From contig OZ320319.1 of NCBI GenBank assembly GCA_976226885.1, positions 18,228,001 to 18,292,000 on the forward strand: DNA of 64,000 nucleotides, given 5' to 3'. Source of the stretch: Iphione sp. A-MEVVRFRX5. Taxonomy: Eukaryota. Under the pieces are notes generated by a model that did no database searches, was not told the DNA's origin, and saw nothing but the letters and a program-made list of their open reading frames with translations. Of the stretch, positions 61,340 through 64,000 are shown in pieces (the stretch's first letter is position 1; every line of letters starts with the position of its first letter). The translations under genes and the position numbers were made by a program.

Positions 61340-61505
61340 AATTAAGACCACCAATGGGACCAGACAAAACTGTTCTTAACGGTGAGTTGCCCTCCTACCT
61401 GGGTTGTTATATTGTAGAAAATGTACCTATGTGACCAAAATAATTGTCCTTATTCCTGAATTGCCCTCTCGGTTGACTTGCCCTCAAGGCGAGTTGCTAT
61501 TGTAT
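61340..61505 (+). mobile_element. Third copy of the ~165-bp interspersed repeat seen at 26124-26455
   Basis: Shared AATTAAGACCACCAATGGGACC, TTATATTGTAGAAAAT and TTGCCCTC..GGTTGACTTGCCC..AGGCGAGTTGCTATTGTAT blocks. Confidence 0.75.
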
Positions 61506-63099
61506 ATATATAGAGAGAGACGGAGGAAGAGGTGAGAGAGTCTTTGTCATTTTGGTTAATATTGTCTATCAACTCTCTTTGCAGTGCTGCCTTTGGATCT
61601 CTATAAAACACTCTTGGATCTCTCAAACCATTTCAAGATTTACCTGGTTACTTTTCTCCATCCAGAGCATGGATATCTCTGTGGCTTTGCTAGCTGTCGA
61701 ATATATATATATATATATATATATACTGGATGTTGGTAACATAATGCTTTTTTTCATCCCCCTCCAGTGTCTCTCTCAGAGGAGAATTTTCCCGCGGGAT
61801 CGACCTGTAGATATCACTCCACATGAGTGTACTTGGTGGTGCTATCATCCCTTCCCGGCCCTGACCGCAGAGACGACTTGGTCAAGTAGTGCGTGTCCCA
61901 GGGTTAAGTGCCTTAGAAGTGGTAGACTCTATGCCTAATGACATGCTTGTCTGGACCTTGCCATCCACTGGAGGCTATGTCTATGTGGCGTGTGTGCCCT
62001 CCGTTACCCAGCACTCCAGGGGAGGTGTGTGTGTCTGACTTGATTGGTGAAACAGTCTGTCTGTTAAGCCTTTGACAGGACTAGTGGCACCAGGGAACTT
62101 TCACTGAGGACCATCTAGTTCATGCAGATCTGTGTATCAGTTCGGCTTTGGGATATGTGTGCCGCCCTGTTTCATTGTGTACGTTTTGAAACTCGATACG
62201 CCCACGGTCACAGGATTGTCCATGGCTCAGATAACGTCGAAAATAGGAGGTTATTGTTCCCATGCATGTTCAAATGTAATTCGAAGCGTTCTGATACAGT
62301 GGTAACTATATAAGCATGTCAACATACTGGATCGTCAAGATAACCATGTTACTGAATACACACGTGTGTCGGTATACATGTATAAAGCATACCCTGGCTG
62401 AATAAGATTTAATCTCTCGATATATATTTATATAAATACAGACCGATTTGTTAGAAATGAAATCCCTGATACGAGGCTTGTGACTTTTGTCCTGTAAAAA
62501 AAATAGAGATCACATGGATTTGCATCTATTAAATAATGAATGCTGATTATATCACCAGGAACTTCGTTTAGATTTGTGTATCGTTCAGATAATTTACTGG
62601 ATAACATATATATTTACACATAAATCAGTCATCAAGAGGGGTACGAGAGGAACATAGCCAGAATTCTTTTTGCACCATAGTTTTCCGTGTACCAATACCC
62701 ATGAGCTAGTGAACAATTATCATTAAAAACTAAGGACAGGAAAACTTCGGACTTGAACAGTCAAATCAACATGGCGGAAGAAGCCGTGGAAAAGGCGATC
62801 GAGAAATGTTGTTTTGGTCTCAACTCTTGACCAAGAAATTCATCCCATGCATATCAATTCCAGAGATGTAGAAATACAAAAATAAACTAGTTGTAAACCT
62901 AGTGGAAACCTTGTAGTTCATCTAGTGGAAACCTAGTACATGTAGTACACCTAGTGAAAAGCACTCTGTGTGCGGTGGCTTTGAACAGAGCATCATGAAA
63001 AGGCGTCATGTTTCGCCATTATGTATGCATTGTGTGCGGTGCCTGACGTACAAACCACCATATACCACTAGCATGTATACTGAGGCGGGCATGAAAGCA

Positions 63100-63700
63100 T
63101 TTTCTCCCATAAGGGCTTCGCTTCCTGACTGGTACCGCCTTGTAACTTCCGGGCGCTATCTATTGTGTGGGTCCGGTCCTCCTGCGGACAATGATATTCG
63201 CAACTCGGCTTGTTATTCATAGCCATATTCATAACACAACGATTATATGACCCGCGGCAACGTGTTCGGTTGATTATATTCAGTATAAAGAAGTCAGTGG
63301 GGAAAAAAATCGCCTGCTGTCATGAACGGGGGTCCCAGGTGGTACCAGTCCTCTCCCAACACCCCCCGCCCCCCGTCCTCCTCTTCCTCCGTGCAGGTGG
63401 TACTGTTTCAGCTGACAGTGATACCAGCTCCTCCTCTTCCTCCTCCTCCCCCGCCATCTATATATGCTGCCTTCCCTCGTCAGGTAGAAAAGTGCCCTCA
63501 CCCTTACACCACTGCCCCCTGGTGACAGCCACAGCATGGTACATAGAGTGACGCTCGCGAGAGGTCGCCGCTGTCAACGCTGGCGGCGCCTTGCACTCGA
63601 GGGTGACCGACTGGAACCACTCCCCTAAACCATCCAGCCCCCCCTCCTTCCCAGGCCCCCCCCCGTCCGCCCGGACTTCCAACCAACACCACAAATACTA
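63100..63700. promoter_or_regulatory. CpG-rich promoter-like region with ETS, CTCF-like and CTCGCGAG motifs
   Basis: ACTTCCGG 63145-63152; TCACCAGGGGGCA on minus 63525-63513; CTCGCGAG palindrome 63554-63561. Confidence 0.4.
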
Positions 63701-64000
63701 TGTACTACTCACAAACATCGTCACCAACGTACAGATCTACCTACACTGGTATATAGACGGTACAAGGAGGGTATATAGATGGTCTGAGGCAGGAGAGATG
63801 GGAGTCCTCTGGACGTGTGACGATGTAGACACACGTTTGCCAGTGTTGAGCAACTGTATTATAAACCTTTTAAATATTATCACTCAGTCGTGTACTTGAT
63901 GCTGGGCCTGTAGCTTGTACATGTATATCTGTTACATTGGATAAAGCTCTCATATACAAATGGTTTCCCTAAATGCAAATCCACAGCTTTCTATCCCAAC

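Noticed and set aside
62766-62835. AACATGGCGGAAGAAGCC... start (MAEEAVEKAIEKCCFGLNS)
   Set aside because: Good start context, but it stops after 19 codons with no donor; probably a repeat fragment.

Overview
This is animal (spliceosomal, eukaryotic) genomic DNA, not prokaryotic. It is almost entirely non-coding: long (GA)/(CT) microsatellites, poly-C/G runs, three N gaps, tRNA-derived SINEs, MITEs, minisatellites and about eight GC/CpG-rich islands. TACATGTA is strongly over-represented (at least 24 copies), which suggests a marine invertebrate such as amphioxus; that is inference only. I found no operons, CRISPR array, rRNA, intact tRNA or recognisable protein domain, and nearly all listed ORFs are repeat or GC artefacts. 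The window reads as a large regulatory or intronic landscape. (i) On the minus strand there are several promoter plus first-exon-like modules, some with TATA boxes, ending in GT donors at about 54.5, 50.4, 16.3 and 4.75 kb. They may be alternative 5' exons of one long gene whose coding body I cannot identify. (ii) On the plus strand there are two short candidate first coding exons: MTELTVCAMALLLPAVS (signal-peptide-like, 4918) and MTAPPCAGFVKQEPE (SUMO-motif, 44623, behind an RFX/Pbx-Hox site cluster). (iii) Two minisatellites repeat consensus 5' splice sites; one (49.5-50.1 kb) is hairpin-forming and resembles the 5' end of U1 snRNA. All gene-model calls are tentative. I cannot demonstrate a novel biological system from sequence alone.
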